DNA from: the human T2T-CHM13v2.0 reference genome, Homo sapiens
NCBI RefSeq assembly: GCF_009914755.1
Contig: NC_060945.1
Direction: 5' to 3' (one strand)
Length of the DNA: 64,000 nt
The notes under the pieces were generated by a model. The model was not told where the DNA came from. It ran no database searches and worked only from the letters and a program-made list of their open reading frames with translations. Positions 13,231-28,161 of this stretch are shown piece after piece. The number at the start of each line of letters is the position of its first letter. Within the stretch, counting starts at the first letter, position 1. Made by a program: the position numbers and the translations under genes.

Positions 13231-14914
13231 TCACTGCAGAAAAGTGTCTCTTGTTGGCGGAAGCATGGTTTGAGTGATTTCAGATTAGTGGCTATGCACA
13301 CAGAGGATGTATTCCAGGCTCTCTGCAAGAAGTATTACAGCAATCTGTAAGTAGAGTGAATCTCAGGGCGGTTCATAAACACACACCTACATAACTTGTT
13401 CAGGATAGGTTATACTTTCTTGAGCTTGGGAATATGAGAAACATATTCAAGGCTTTCTTTGTCTTAACTCTTCACTGAGCAAAGGTAGCACTCCCTAAAT
13501 GACTTACAGGAGAACCAAGAGTTTGCTAGAACAGAGTTTGCTGTCTATCTAGCTACACAGAGTAGATTTAATTATAGAAACAGCCATTTGATTCATTATT
13601 AAAACCATATTTTTAAATGACTTCTGTACTTTTACAAAGCATGAGGTTGAATAAACCTACGTAGTGGTTTGAAGAGGTTTAATGTGCTAAAAACAGTCCC
13701 TTTTAAGGGGCCAACGTGCTTCAGGATAGTACTTATTTTAAAAATTGATATTAAACAGTGAGGACCTCTTTGTTCCTCCATTTCTTTTATTTGTAAATAA
13801 ACCAATTAAGTTTTGAATCATTTCTGGCTGACATTCTTTGATTCCCTGTGTTCTTTGACAAGGAATGGGAGCAGGGGAGAGGTTCAGAAAAACCATTACA
13901 GGAACAAGGGCTCTCCCTGAGGCAGAATAGAAGAAGAATCAATGAAGATTTAGGCAAAGAGAAATATTTTGAATGTTTTTTTCCCAGAAATTGCCTACTC
14001 TGCTTCTTTGCTCACAGTCTCTCAGGGGATAATAAGAACATTCTACTTCATTTCTCTATTTCTTCAAAGAGAAGTTTTAAATTTTATCTTTGGGGGAGAT
14101 AGCTATTGGTTAAATAACTAGTTCTACATTGTAAATTTAACTTGAGGAATAGTTTCATTTTCCCATTATTAGAAAGGGCTACTATATGTACACACACAGT
14201 CTAACAAAAGGTATTAATAAAGAGCTAAATTGTCACTGAGCACACATGCCCTTTGACCTTTGGACGTCTGCATATGCTGTTCCCCTAGTTGGAGTCCTTT
14301 CCTTTTTCTTGAAGTCAGTTTCTAGGAATGACTTCTTTTACAGATATAAACTCACAAACTTCTTACCCTGCAAAAGTTTCTTTGACTTTCTTTAACCTTG
14401 TCGGTTTTTCCCATTACAGGAGTTCATAGAACCATGACCCTCTCATTAATAATATTTGTCGTAGTTTAGAATTAAATATTTATTTGTGTGATCATTTAAT
14501 TCACATCCGTGTGCCTTTCCATGAGCTCCATGAAAACAGACAGTCTATCCTGCTCATTCATATGTATCCAGTGGCCTGCCTATAGCAGATACTCATGAAG
14601 CTTGGAGAGCCATTGAGTGAAGTGCATTTGCATACATGATTTTGTAACTTGCTGTAGTGTCTGTTTTGTGTTTCAGATGGACATGTTTTCAGAAGAGGCA
14701 CCATACACACTGGGCAAGGGAAGTGTTATCAAAAGTGTTTTGCCATGAGTCCTCCTGATTCATGGCAAAACACTAACGTGGTATGTGGCTTCCGTTCATA
14801 CCATCTGAGAATAGATGATTGATGGTTTTATTTATTTTCTTCTGGAGCAGGATTTCCAAAGCATCTACACTAAACCTGCACTAGGTTTGTGTTCATAATC
14901 TCCAACCTAAAATT

Positions 14915-15135
14915 CAACCTCAGCACTGTTGGCATTCTGGGCTGGTTAGTTCCCTGTTGTGGAGGCTACCCTGTGCATTGTATGATGTCTAGTAGCACTC
15001 CTGACCTCTAACCACTAAATGCCAGTAGCAGCTTCCACCACTCCCACAGTAGAAACAAACAGAAATGTCCTCAGACATTGCCAAATGTCCCCTGGAAGAA
15101 AAAAAAAATGACTCGCAGTTGCATACAACTGTTCT
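14915..15135 (-). mobile_element. MER20
   Basis: tcaacctcagcactgttggcatt...cagacattgccaaatgtcccctgg. Confidence 0.8.
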
Positions 15136-15361
15136 AGAGGAGTTCCTTGACAGATTCAAATCAATATATAAGTGTAATGGAAAGGGTGCTGTTGAAATAC
15201 TAGTGCAAGGTTTTTCCAATATATTTCACAGTAGAAAAGACCAGTTCAGCATGTTAGTCCTCATTGCAAGGCCCACTAAGATTATTAATTCAAATTGTTG
15301 CCATTCTTAATGGTTTTACTCATGGTTAAAAAAGTATCTTAATCTGTAATCATTCTGTAGT

Positions 15362-15609
15362 AAAAGTTGAGTTTTCATAAATCAAATAAACAAACAAAAA
15401 AATACACCAGACTTATAACATCTAGAATTTCACTCAGGTTCCCTTCGTTTTTAATTAAGTCTTTTGAATTTGGTTCTCAAGTAAAAGTTTCAAGAAAAAG
15501 TTGAGTTTTCACGAATCAAATAAATAAATAAAAATATAGGCCAGACTTCTAACATCTAAAATTTCACTCAGGTTCCCTTTGTTTTTAATTAAGTCTTTTG
15601 AATTTGGTT
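15362..15609. repeat. Local tandem duplication, 2 x 114 bp with a 20-bp spacer
   Basis: 15362-15475 vs 15496-15609, about 10 mismatches, ungapped. Confidence 0.93.
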
Positions 15610-17947
15610 TTGTTTCTCTGCACATAAGCTCACTTTAATATTGCTATACAAATTAACGTACGCTAAAACTTGACAAATAGAATTGGACAAGGTTCTAGAG
15701 GAAATTTAGTTGTAGTAAACTGAAAATTTTGGTTTAAAAATTACCATTGACAATACACTTCTTGCATTTCCTAGGTACTAGGTGCTCATTACTTTAAGAC
15801 AATCTAAGAATAATTTTGCAGGTAAGTAGATTTACCTTTGCTTTTGATAGCATCCTAAAGTAGTCCTTCTGGGTGATACTATTGTTTTGTAAATAAAGGT
15901 AGATGAAAGAAAGGATTAGCAATTATCCCAATCTAGATTATGCAAGCTACTAAGTTGGACAATGTGTTCACAAGATGCCTTTTTCCGCTCTTGGGTTACA
16001 TGCAAGATCACCATTAATCTGATTTTGTTCATAAACTCTGACTTCAATTTCTACATCAATAAAATGGTTATATTAGATATAACTACCTTCTACTTTGGAG
16101 TAACAGTGAAGATATGGTATATAAACCTGTGTATCAAATAAATGACTTATGTCCAATAAAGAATATCTGAATTTTTAAGTAAATCAATAAAACCATTAAC
16201 ATCTTTATTTTTAAAATAAGTTTTCTATATATTTGTTTATTTCTTCAATAAATGCCAAACACTGTTAAAAAATAATTTCTGTGGGTAGAAGAAAACTGAT
16301 TTTATAATTATCTTAAAACTGCATACCTTTCTATTCTTCATAGCCTTTAATAATTAAATGTACATATATTTTGTCATTATACAGAAATGATTTATTATTT
16401 AACAGCATTGGATGGACACTACAAATCTCAGAAAGAAGCAATCTTAGAAAAAAATTATGATCTATATTGGAAGCAACCTAAATGAACTTTTCATTTTTCT
16501 TTACTTTCAACTAATTTTCTTAATTCTTGTATGGCAAAAGGTATACTTACTTAAATGATCATTTAAAAATAAATGAAAACAGTTACTTTGCTTAAAAATG
16601 ACTAAAGTTCAAACTTACAGCTTTTGCTGTTGTATTCCTCGGCCCTTTTACACTTCATTTTCTTTATTGGGTCATGCATTTGTATGCTTCTAAATAAGTT
16701 ACTTTTTTTAGCAGACTTTTGAGATAAGATACAGACAGAATTGCAGAACCTGTTTTATTTCCTCAGGAAGAATCTCAGATGGGAGTGGTGCATAAGACCA
16801 GACTGCAGAACATAAAATGGTTTTCTCAAGTCTACACTAGCTAGAAAGCAATCACCCTTCTTCTTTCTTTTTATTTGACCCGAAAGGACTTGTGTACTGA
16901 TTTACACAATTCTATGCCATTTGTGTGTGTTTATGTGTATGTGTATGTGTTATGCAAAAATGAGTCTTTCCACAGGGAATTTTGCTGTATTTCCTTTTGA
17001 CTGAGTATGAATTATGCTGTAGATAGATTTATGAAATATAATGCTAATTTGGATGGTCTCATATTGACTTGTAGGGTGATACTGTCCTCCTTCAAAAGGC
17101 CCTAGAGAAGTTCTTTTTTCACTTCTGCATATTACTTTTCAGTCGAAATGTCAGTTGCAAGCTTTTCTCAGGCAGCTATAAAGGAGAATTTGTACTTCTG
17201 CATAATATCTAATGTACCACATTCATATTAATGTTTGAAAGAGAGAAAACTAGAGAAACCTAGTAAAACATTGTAATAATAAACATGAAGTAGAAGGAAG
17301 CTATCATTAACTCAATTTGTAGCTCAGCATGGCATTTTACAGATGTGACAGAAGTCTTTAATTTGAACTCAAAATAGAGAAGTGTGAGTTTGGAAATGAA
17401 ATATACCATGGAGTTACAACGAGTGTTTCCTTTCTCTCAGAAAAAAAGGCAAGAAATTGAACAAAAGTTAAAGTCATCTTTTCAGGAACCTCAGACAAAG
17501 ATCAAAACCTTAAACCAAACACGCCAATGTTTCAGGTTTTGTTTGCTTGTTCTTACATCTTAAGCCCATGGTAGTACTCTAAAATATGGAGTCTAAAGAA
17601 AGGTGGGCAAATTTGATGTTCAGAACACAGACTGACAAACAACGTTTAGTTATTTCCCTTCAGCCTTATGTAATCAATAGTCCCGTTAGATAAAATAGGC
17701 TTTTCTAAGAGGAGATGATTAGGATTACAGAGGAGTATCTGAAAGGTTCAGAGGGGATAGAAAAGATTTAAGCTTTATTACTGACCAGACCAAGATATGC
17801 AAAGTAGACTCTAATAACAAACAAAACAACAAAAACATAGTTAAGCAAGTACCAAATACAAAATCTTAGGAAAACAAGAGTACAAAAAATTGGAAATTAT
17901 TATCTGAACAGTGGGGAGATATATACTCATATATGAAAGAAGGTTAA

Positions 17948-18250
17948 GGCCGGGCGCGGTGGCTCATGCCTATAATCCCAGCACTTTGGGAGGCCGAGAT
18001 GAGTGGATCACGAGGTCAGGAGTTCAAGACCAGCCTGGCCAACGTGGTGAAACGCCATCTCTACTAAATATACAAAAATTAGCCAGGCGTGGTGGCGGGC
18101 GCCTGTAATCCCAGCTACTCAGGAGACTGAGGCAGAGAATTGCTTGAACCCGGGAGGTGGACGTTGCAGTGAGCCGAGATCATGCCACTGCACTCCAGCC
18201 TGGGCAACACAGTGAGACTGGCTCAAAAAAAAAAAAAAGAAAAAAAAGAA
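17948..18250 (+). mobile_element. Full-length AluS (AluSg-like) with TSD AAAGAAGGTTA
   Basis: Dimeric Alu with poly(A) tail; TSD at 17936-17946 and 18251-18261. Confidence 0.95.
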
Positions 18251-21119
18251 AAAGAAGGTTAGATGGAAGAAGGGTTGTGATGAAGTGATGAACAGATATA
18301 TATGCAGTTATGAAGCATTGAGCTCATGACATCATGAGCTTTATTCTATGGTTACTGTAAGAAAGGTTAAGAACAACTGCTCTGAAACCCAATCACCATG
18401 GTGGGTAGACTATACTGAACACATTATTGGTTTACAGATGCTCCTATATGAGGTCAATGTGCAATTCCCAACCTACCTATCTTAGCATTTACCTGAAAGA
18501 CATGGTATTTAATCTTAATGTCTCAAAAAATTTTATTCTCCCCCGACCTTTTTTGTTTTTTTCACCTTTTAGTGACTCTTGTCATTATTTAAAACTATTT
18601 GCAAGAATTTTCTGAGTAAAACATTGGCTCTGCTTCCAGGCGTCTCATCCTCTTAGAGGTGAGGTGGTCTTCTATTTAACAAGGTACCTTATTTGGGTTT
18701 CTTAATTTCATAGAAGGACCTCATTCTTACCTTCTAATGTTTATGGATCTGGCTCTAAGTAGAAATGCACATTTAATCACAACCCCCCTTCCCTCTAACT
18801 TTCTGCTGCTCTCCTTCAGGAAAAGCTCAGACTCAAGGAGCAATCATTACGAATGATGATGAGGTGACGTGCAAGCCATCCATTTCCCTAGATACTATAA
18901 ATTGAAGTCTAGATCAAACCAAACTATTTGACAGTTCCATACCAAGATGTTTTGTAGAAGTGTTCTTATTACTACGTGATACCTTGTCATAGAGTTGTAT
19001 TGAGCATTTCATAAGAAACAAATGTATGAAACACACCACTGATTTGATCGTAGGTATGCTATCTATAACATCACATTGTTTCCCCTTATCAGGATCACAG
19101 GATAAATTTCTTGCATGGTTTTTAACCTGAAAAACCTATAATTTGTTTAAGCAACCAGACCCTCCCAACTCTGAAGTTTGTTCTGTTTCCCTTCTCAATT
19201 CAGCCGCAGATACAATTTTCTCGTCCACTTTTGGCATCTTTTCAGGGAAACGCACCTGCCTTAATCTTGCTTCACCTTCACCTCCATCCTCATTAATGTA
19301 TTTTATCAGATTATAATATATGTATTTTTATAAACCTTTAAAATATTTTTAGAATAAGACAAGCTATAAATATAAGAATGAATAAATGAATAGTAAATGA
19401 CAGAGAGGGTGTGAATACATAAATTAAAACTTCATAGTCTGAAGGGAGAAGAAAAGCTCAAATGTTACTTTGCAAAACCCAGAAGTTGATTTGAAGGATT
19501 ACTTCACATGAAACAAAAGGCAGGTCAGCCTTCAGGAATAGTACAGCAAACTTAGCATACTCTCCAGGAATTGTTCACTGATTTTGTCCTTTTAAGTAGC
19601 ATATCAATAATACATTCCACCTCACTTTTTGCATCTGATATAGGAGTGAGACTATGAATCTCAAAGTCCCAAATGGTGGGCTGCCTTCCTGATTTTTTAT
19701 GACGTTCTCAAAAAGTGAGTGACAGATACCACTCTTTAGTCTTCTTCCCTTGTATGCACATGTACTTAGCCTAACCAAAGTATAACACTCACTTAAATAT
19801 TTCCAGTTAAATTAGGATAATACAAATTGTAATGGCCGTAGACTCTAATTATTCTAAATTGTTAAGCTATATACCACTCGTTTGTAAATGCTAACTTTAT
19901 TTTTTTCCAAGAGTGCTTTTAGAGATGAAGACATTCCTGCTCACTCAAGTAACTGTAGGATAAGTTAATCAGAAATACCTAGATCATAAAAAGCTAAAAA
20001 AAAAAAAACTTGCAAGGTATGTATAGTTTAACATATTTCTGTTAAGATTTCTTTATTGATATTTTCCCTGGATGTTAAAATTTCCCTAGATTTGAGTATT
20101 TACAATAATAATTCCTCTGGCCTCACCTCCGTTTCACATGTGCACTCTCTCATTTAAGACACATCTCAAAATTCTCTACAACGGGCACCCTGATTTAAAG
20201 AAACCACAGTGATTAGTCCAGTGCTTTTTGTACTCTAAAGCTTTTATGAATTTTGTTAGTTGATTACTACTTCTCATTCATTCAAATATAGATTTTTAAC
20301 ACCTTTCAAATTAGTTGTATGAGAAAAACAAAGTTGCAAGAAAACAGCACTGAGAAGAAGGTTAAGAATTGTGGCTTGCTTACTGAGTCTTTATTTCAGT
20401 TAAGCTTCTGGGGCCTTAGTATTCTCAGTTATGAAATGAAAAAGTTGGACTTTAGGATCTTTAAAGGCTCTGCCTCGTGTTGAACACTATTGTTGTTAAT
20501 TTATTTATGTATCTTATATAGTTTTTTGTATACATATAAGAAATTATATATATATACACATATATATTTAAGTCTATGTGCCTTCTACAGCTTGTTCAAA
20601 TAGATTTCTGGGTCTGATTTCTTTCTCTTTACAATTTATTTATCATTATTATTCCAAGAAGAGTATACTGTTTAGGCTAAGCTAATAATGGACAATTATT
20701 TATAACAGTTTTGTTGTGTTTTCTATGAAATTATGTTTTTCCCTAAGGAATTTTATTTGTGATATCATACTGTCTATTTTCTCACAAATGTCCCACAGAT
20801 GTAGCAAATCATCAATCCTTCGAGGTTAATTGGAGCCTGGATGATAGCATGTGTTCCCTGTTGTTCAATCTGACCGAGAGGAATATTCTCATGAGAAGCA
20901 GAACAGATATTTCAAACTCAGTTGTATGTAGCCTCAGAACATCCTAAAAGCATAACAAATTGGCATGGTCTGTGTGGGCCTGATGCCTCCCCGCTCCACA
21001 CCACCAGCACTCACAGACATTGCCTTGCCCAGTTATTCAAAATGCAATAATAACTTTATGTATGATTTGTCTCCAGGTAGAATAGGTAAAAGACAGAGAA
21101 AAATGCAAATTGGAATCTT

Positions 21120-21475
21120 ATTATATAAATATGAATTTATCTATGAATACACGTATATTATATATGATATGTAATATATGTTGTACTGTGTGTAATGATA
21201 TATATGTAATATATAAACTAAAGGATAATTATAATAAATAATACACAACTATATATGTATTTGTATATAGTTATATGTGAATTTATGTATACTATGTAGT
21301 ATATGTTTTATATTCAGTATTTTGGGCTGTAGTGTGTATAATATATGCAATAAATATGCTTAATAATATGTATATGCAATGCTTATAATATATATATAAA
21401 TTGAAAAATCTGTAATAAATGCAGCCATATACACACTTATTATATTATATATTATTTATACAAATATATAAAATA
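21120..21475. repeat. Degenerate (TA)-rich low-complexity tract
   Basis: Read directly. Confidence 0.8.
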
Positions 21476-21477
21476 TG

Positions 21478-21876
<399 letters not shown>

Positions 21877-21895
21877 CTAGTCCTAAATCCTAGGC

Positions 21896-22083
21896 CACAG
21901 TTGTTCAACCTTTTGGCTTCCCTGGGCCACACTGGAAGACGATGAATTGTCTTGGGCCATACATAAAATACATTAACACTAAGGAGAGTTGATGAGCTAA
22001 GAAAAAAGTTTGGGCATAATTTTCATATCTGCCACCACAGATAAGCAAAAACATCCTCACATTCAAAGGGTTGGACATCCATG
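21896..22083 (+). mobile_element. MER30-type hAT MITE with perfect 8-bp TSD TCCTAGGC
   Basis: caaccttttggcttccctgggccaca...; degenerate TIRs; TSD at 21888-21895 and 22084-22091. Confidence 0.88.
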
Positions 22084-23490
22084 TCCTAGGCTTTCTGTTG
22101 CAAAGCCGAAAACTGAAATTTAAAAAGTTTATTGTTTTTGTTGCTTCTTTCGTTGCTGCTTTAATTTTTAAAAGCATTGCTTTAAATACCACAGCAGTAT
22201 TTACAGCTTGAACCTGAGGGCTGAGATAGACATGTGATAATACAAGAACTCAGCTCCATCTTTCTTCCCCTTCGAGTTGGGAAACCTGGAGTCATGGTAG
22301 GAGGACAATAAAATCCCTTAGATCTGGAGAAAACCTGTGCCCACAGGCAGGTGGGTCTCTGGGAGTGGAGGACCATAGTGTACAATTGGCCATTCAAAGT
22401 GCCACCAGGAAAGCCAAGATGAAGGCAGGATATACTTAGACAGAAAGAGCCTGAGATAACCAGCAGGACTTGAAGGTCACTTGGAGTGGGTGTTGCTGTG
22501 TGAGCCACAAATTCCACCCCAAAGAGGCGCTGGGTAAGCACCAGCTAAGTGAGAGACCAGATGGAAAATGCGCTGAGTCTTGAAGGATGAGCAGCAGCAG
22601 AGTGAGCCACATGGGGCTGCTCAGTCAGGGATTTGGGCAGTGAATGCAGTGCATTAGAGGCTGATACCCAGGACCTAGTGGAACAAGCTACACCCCAGTG
22701 GACGTCCTGGAGGAATGACAGCAAATGCCTCTCCTTTCATGTCTTTTATCTCTGTAGGGAGAAGAGAGAAAATAGATTCAAAATAATTTACATTTGAAAT
22801 AGAAAGCGAGGAAACTCCCACTGGGGCCACATCAAGGTCCTCACTTTGATGTGTGCCAGTTAACATTAATTACAGGGAAACAAACAAAGTTCCACACACT
22901 GGATGCTGTGGCTATAAATGTTAAATGTAATACAGCTGCACATCTTCATGCAGCATATCAGTTCATCCCAATGACAATAAAATAAAGCAGATACTGCAGA
23001 GGGGATTACAGATATGGAGATCAGCAGACGCACCCATTACCTGCTCACCACTCACTAGTCTCCGATAAAGGGTTGGATTTACTAGGAGGTTATGTGACAT
23101 GGCCAAGCTAAGAACCACCGGAAGTGGAAGTACTCTCATTCCAGTGCACTTTTCACTATGGCAATCTGCAGGCAAATGTCTGCTTTAATAATCGAGAATC
23201 TACAGAATCTTATCCTTAACTAATCGTTGTTAAACTGGACAAAACACATTAATGGGAATAAAAGTGAAAAAAAACTTTCACCCACAATTCTACCATCTTA
23301 ACAAAACCAATAAACTTCCCTTTTCCACATGAACTAACTGAAAGTTATCATGTATAAGCAAGAATGAACTGTATAAATTCCCAATCCAAAGTATGTAAAA
23401 CCATACACTATGGTCTATATTATTTTGTGTGCATTTTTTGCTTATTTCTTCTTACGGATCATATTTAATGAATGCTTTATTTCTTAAGTA

Positions 23491-23931
23491 ACCTCACCTC
23501 AGTTAGAATGGTTAGAATGGCTATTATCAAAAAAGACAAGAAAAGAAAATTAACAAATGCTGGCGAGGATGTGGTGAAAAGGCAACTCTTACATGCTGTT
23601 GGCAGGAATGTAAATTAGTACAATCATTATGGAAAACAGTATGTAGGTTGCTTAAAAAACTAAAAATAAAATTATCATATGCTCCAGCAATCACACTTCT
23701 AGGTATATATCCAAGGGAATTGAAATAAGCATGTTGAAGAGATATCTGCACTTCAGTTCATTGCCACGTTATCCACAGTAGCCAAGATGCAGAGTCAACC
23801 TAAGTGTCCATCAGCGGATGAATGGATAAAGAAAATGTGGTAAATATACACAATGGAATACTATTCAGCCACAAAACAGAATGAAATCCTGTCATTTGCT
23901 GCAACATGAATAAACCTGGATGACATTATAC
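23491..23931 (+). mobile_element. L1M fragment covering the end of ORF2
   Basis: acctcac...gttagaatggctattatcaaaaa...aacctaagtgtccatca...gaatggataaagaaaatgtgg. Confidence 0.9.
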
Positions 23932-24869
23932 TGTTATTTTCTTAACCATTCTCTCCTGTTGAACATTTAGATGATTCACAATCATTTATAAAGGTTCTTG
24001 CCAACTCAGTGGACATGCATGGAAACAGCCTTAGGGTTCAAATTTTTCCTAAGAACAAAAGGAACAGCGCTACCCAGAATTCAAAAGGCAAATATTGCCT
24101 TTAGATTTGAAGAATGGCTCTATCTCATTAATCCATTTTTAGGAGAAAAAGTACAGTAACATCTCATACAGTATAAACACAGCCAGTTCATCAGAATGCA
24201 ACATCTGTTTACGGATTACTAAAGTATGTAATCCAACATTTTAGAAGTTTACAATTTAGGAAAAAAGAAAACCTTTAAAAGTTATGATTGAGTCCTCACA
24301 ATGAAAGAAAGTAAGAACACTTGATTTTTACCATCCTTTCCCCAATCTGCATTATGAAGTGTTTTTTTCCCCCTCTGGGAATTAAGTATTGATTTTTAAA
24401 GGCATATTTAGACAATTTTGCTAAGAAAAGTAATCTGTGAAAATAGTTTCCTGTGACTTTTCATTTAAAGACATCAGCACTTAAAGCATCTGACAGAATG
24501 TTACAATGCTTGCATCAATATTCAACGGTAAATTATATTTAAGTACAAAAAGTATAATAGTTGAAGACCAAGATGCTAATGGATAGGAACAACTAATGTC
24601 TGATTTTCTACAAACTCCTTGCAGAATTCTAAAGAAGACGTATGACCATCAGATTAGCAACTGTTATATAAAGCTTATTTCTTCAATGATTTTTTCAACA
24701 TTAAATATTGTTGTCTTTAAGGACACTCTTAGAAAACCCTCCATGTAGCATGTTGTATGGAATGAACGAGACTTTTTCCTTTTTGTTTCCCTTGGTACAG
24801 TTGCAGATCTTTATGTACTGCAGAGTAGGTAGAAACAGTAACAGAAGAAACCTTGACATGGGTTGAATC

Positions 24870-25685
24870 TTTTTAAAATATAGACTTTATTTCTTAGCAC
24901 AGCTTTAGGTTTACAGAAAAACTGAGAATACAGTACCAAGTTCACATGTACTCCACATCTTCTTTCTCCTGAAATTATTACGTTAGTATGGTACAGCGTT
25001 AAAATTAATAAACCAGTATTAATGAATTATTATTAAGTAAAGTCAGTCTTTATTCAGAGTCCTTGGTTTTTACCTAATGTCATTTTCTTGTTGCTGTTTC
25101 GGGATTGCATTCAGGATAGCACATTACATTTTTCTCACTAATCTTCTTAGGCTTATCTTGGTTGTGACAGTTTTTCAGATTTTCCTTGTTTTTCATGACT
25201 TTGGTGGTTTTGGTCAATATTGGTCAGCTATTTTGCAGAATGCTACTCTGTTGGAATTTGTCTGATATTTTCTCATTAGTAGAGTAGGGCTCTAGGCTTT
25301 GGGGAGGAAGACGAGATAGGTAACATACCCTTTGCATCACCTGTTATCAAGCGTGAATACTAGCAGCATAATCTACCACTGCTGATGCTAACCTGGATCC
25401 CCTGGCTCTTCTGCTGAGCAGATTTGCCTATTCTCCCTACTTATTTATTTAATCATTTATCTATATCAGTATGCACTCATGGGAGCATTTCTTTACTTTC
25501 CAGCACTATAAGATCCTCCAGAATCATCTTATGTATCTCCCTTCCCAGCACCAGAATAATATATATTTTTTCTGAGGAGCTCTAGGTGCCAGGAGTGTTC
25601 ATTGTTACTGGGGTATCATTGTTCCTAAGCCCTCTCAGCAGACAGAGCAAGGAAATACATGTGTGTGTGTACCAACCCATGTATA
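24870..25685 (-). mobile_element. L1MC/L1MD-type 3' region
   Basis: atagactttatt...tttaggtttacagaaaaactgag...; ccctctcagcagacagagcaaggaaata. Confidence 0.75.
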
Positions 25686-27011
25686 GGTTGAGTTTTAATC
25701 AATCATTAGATAAAATAGGTGTTTTGCCTTAAGATTGCCTGTGCTCTTTGACTCGTTTGGTGTAAAAAATAATATGTTTTAATATTTTTTTGAATTTTTA
25801 AAGGGAAATAGTAAGTTGTAGTGAACTCTTAGTCTCCAAATTGATGATAACTGATGGTAATAATAACAATTAACCATTGGATTTTTGTTAAATGAAAACA
25901 CACAGGCATAATTCTAATATAAAAATCTGCATTATCACACTTCTCTTGAAACATTAATAAGTAGAAATTTTCAATACAGTTGATAGGCTGTTGTATGATT
26001 GCTTTATTTTGTATGTTTGCTTTGCCAGGATACTAGTAAACTGGCAACTAATCAAAAGACACAACATGGCCTAATCTTTCAAATTTAACTGCTCTACTTG
26101 ACAAATGTGCCAAATAATATTTTTAAAAGCTAAAAGAAAATCTTTTCAAGCTGTGGAAGGTGTTTCTATGAGATTAATTTGTGGCCAGTAGTTTACTTAT
26201 TATTTAGTCAATATCATTGCTTGTTAATTTCAATTTGTGACTAATCTTACCTTAGATTTCATTATATACTTTAGAAGATTCCTAAGTTTTTAATAAGAAA
26301 AAAGTAAAATATTGTCCAAGTAACTTGGGAAAGTTATTCTAAAGAGTTTAATGTTTTCAGTAGTTCATAACTGAGATTATAAATTAAATATTTTTACTTC
26401 TTTCCTTTTTAAAAATTTTCCTCTCCAAGATTAACTATTTTTCTAATTACTTTATTATTTCAAACAATTAATTTAATTATTTTAAATAAATTACTTGGAA
26501 AAATAGTGACAGTGCTGTATAATAAGTAGGGAGTTTCCAATTTGATACAACTTGATCTCAGTAGTAAATCAAGATAACAAATTAATACAGTTGATTTAGT
26601 TGGAATACATTCCTTTTAATTTGGATGCTTTTGTGTTGCCATGAAAATTTGTCATTTAAAAAATCAGATAAGCATTTTAAAATAAAGAATAGGTTAAATT
26701 GTAAATATAGACCTTTAATTTACCACAAATTACATTCCTGGAAAAGATATTTTAAGTCTAATATGAATTTTCAATTTAAAACAATGTTAAAAAGCAAGTC
26801 TAGTGTAAAAAAAAAAACGAGAAAAAGAAAAGTAAAATGGCTCCAGATCAAATTTTATGCTAATAAAATGGTAAACCTTTAGAATAGATTATGTGGTTTT
26901 AAGAATATTTTCTAAATAAAAGAGGGCAATAAGTATTAAACATCTAAGTATACCTTTTTTAAAGAAAAAATATTTATTAAGCATGCAAAATATCTGCCAC
27001 CATACTAAGTG

Positions 27012-27100
27012 TTTTTTTTTATTAATTTGTATTTTTATGTTAAGTTCCGGGTACATGGGCAGTATGTGCAGGTTTTTACATAGGTAACCGTGTGTCATGG
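27012..27100 (-). mobile_element. Short L1PA 3' end
   Basis: Poly(T) then ttaagttccgggtacatg...tgtgcagg...tacataggtaa. Confidence 0.75.
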
Positions 27101-27731
27101 TAATCTTAAACCTTTAAGAAAATGTTCTGAAATTGGGAATGGCAGACTCTGGCTTAGAATGAAGCAGCTGCAGGATGTATGGTCATGTGACTTTGGATGT
27201 GTGTGCTGAAATTGCAGTGGTGTTACTGGCCCATGTTTCCTCACGTGTGCTCTGGGGAGCATGAGTTGAGTGGGACATTAATAGCTACGATTCAAATAAG
27301 GGTCTTCCAATAATTAAAATGTGAAAGACACTGGGTTAGACAAAAGAAACAGAGTGTTTGTTTGTTTGTTTTGCTGCAGAATTTCAAAAAGCCTTTACTA
27401 TACAAACGTGCCTCATGAATCTTCAAGTAAGAACATTTCCCCATGCTTACTTGCTCAAATAGGTAATTGTGGAGCACAAAACTCTCACCCTGTTCATTAA
27501 CATAGAGAGAGAGAGAGAGGGAGAGAGTTATCTTCCTCAAGATTGAAGGTATGCCATGCATTTTACATGTGATATATTTCATCCTTATGATAAACTATAA
27601 ATTTGTTATTATTATTTTCTCTTCTATAGATAACAAAATGGAGGGTAACAAATTAAATAATCTTCTCAGTTTCAGTCAATTAGAAAAAGGCAGCTGGAAA
27701 TATGAATCCCCTTCTCCCTGAAGTCCTCCGT

Positions 27732-27960
27732 TACTCTTTCTTCTAGTCTAAATACCTTTTGGAAAATTTTAGAACATAAATAATATATCCTATGACATAT
27801 GGATAATTATCAGTGAAACAACAAAACAGAATTGAGATCTCCACTACTCTTTTCCTCTAGTCTAAATAGCTTTTGGAAAATTTTAGAATATAAATGATAT
27901 TTCCTATGTTATATGGATAATTATCAGTGAAACAACGAAAGAGGATTGAGAGATTACCAC
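27732..27960. repeat. Local tandem duplication, 2 x ~114 bp
   Basis: 27732-27844 vs 27845-27960, about 90% identical. Confidence 0.92.
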
Positions 27961-28161
27961 CACCGCCATCTCCATCAATCCTTCCTCTAAACCCATCCCA
28001 GTTAATTGTACACTCTAACAACAAACAGTGTGTTTGCTAGGCATAGGTAGGTAGTGAGGCTTCCTCTCCAACTTGATTGCATTATTTGAACCCTTTCAAA
28101 AGAGAAATTCTGGAGAGTCCACTGATAATATCAGTTTTTCTCTTTGCTAGTTGCCTCACAT

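Noticed and set aside
18321-18340. 9-bp-stem palindrome AGCTCATGA-ca-TCATGAGCT, and short palindromes near 36952-36977
   Set aside because: Stems this short are expected by chance in 64 kb.
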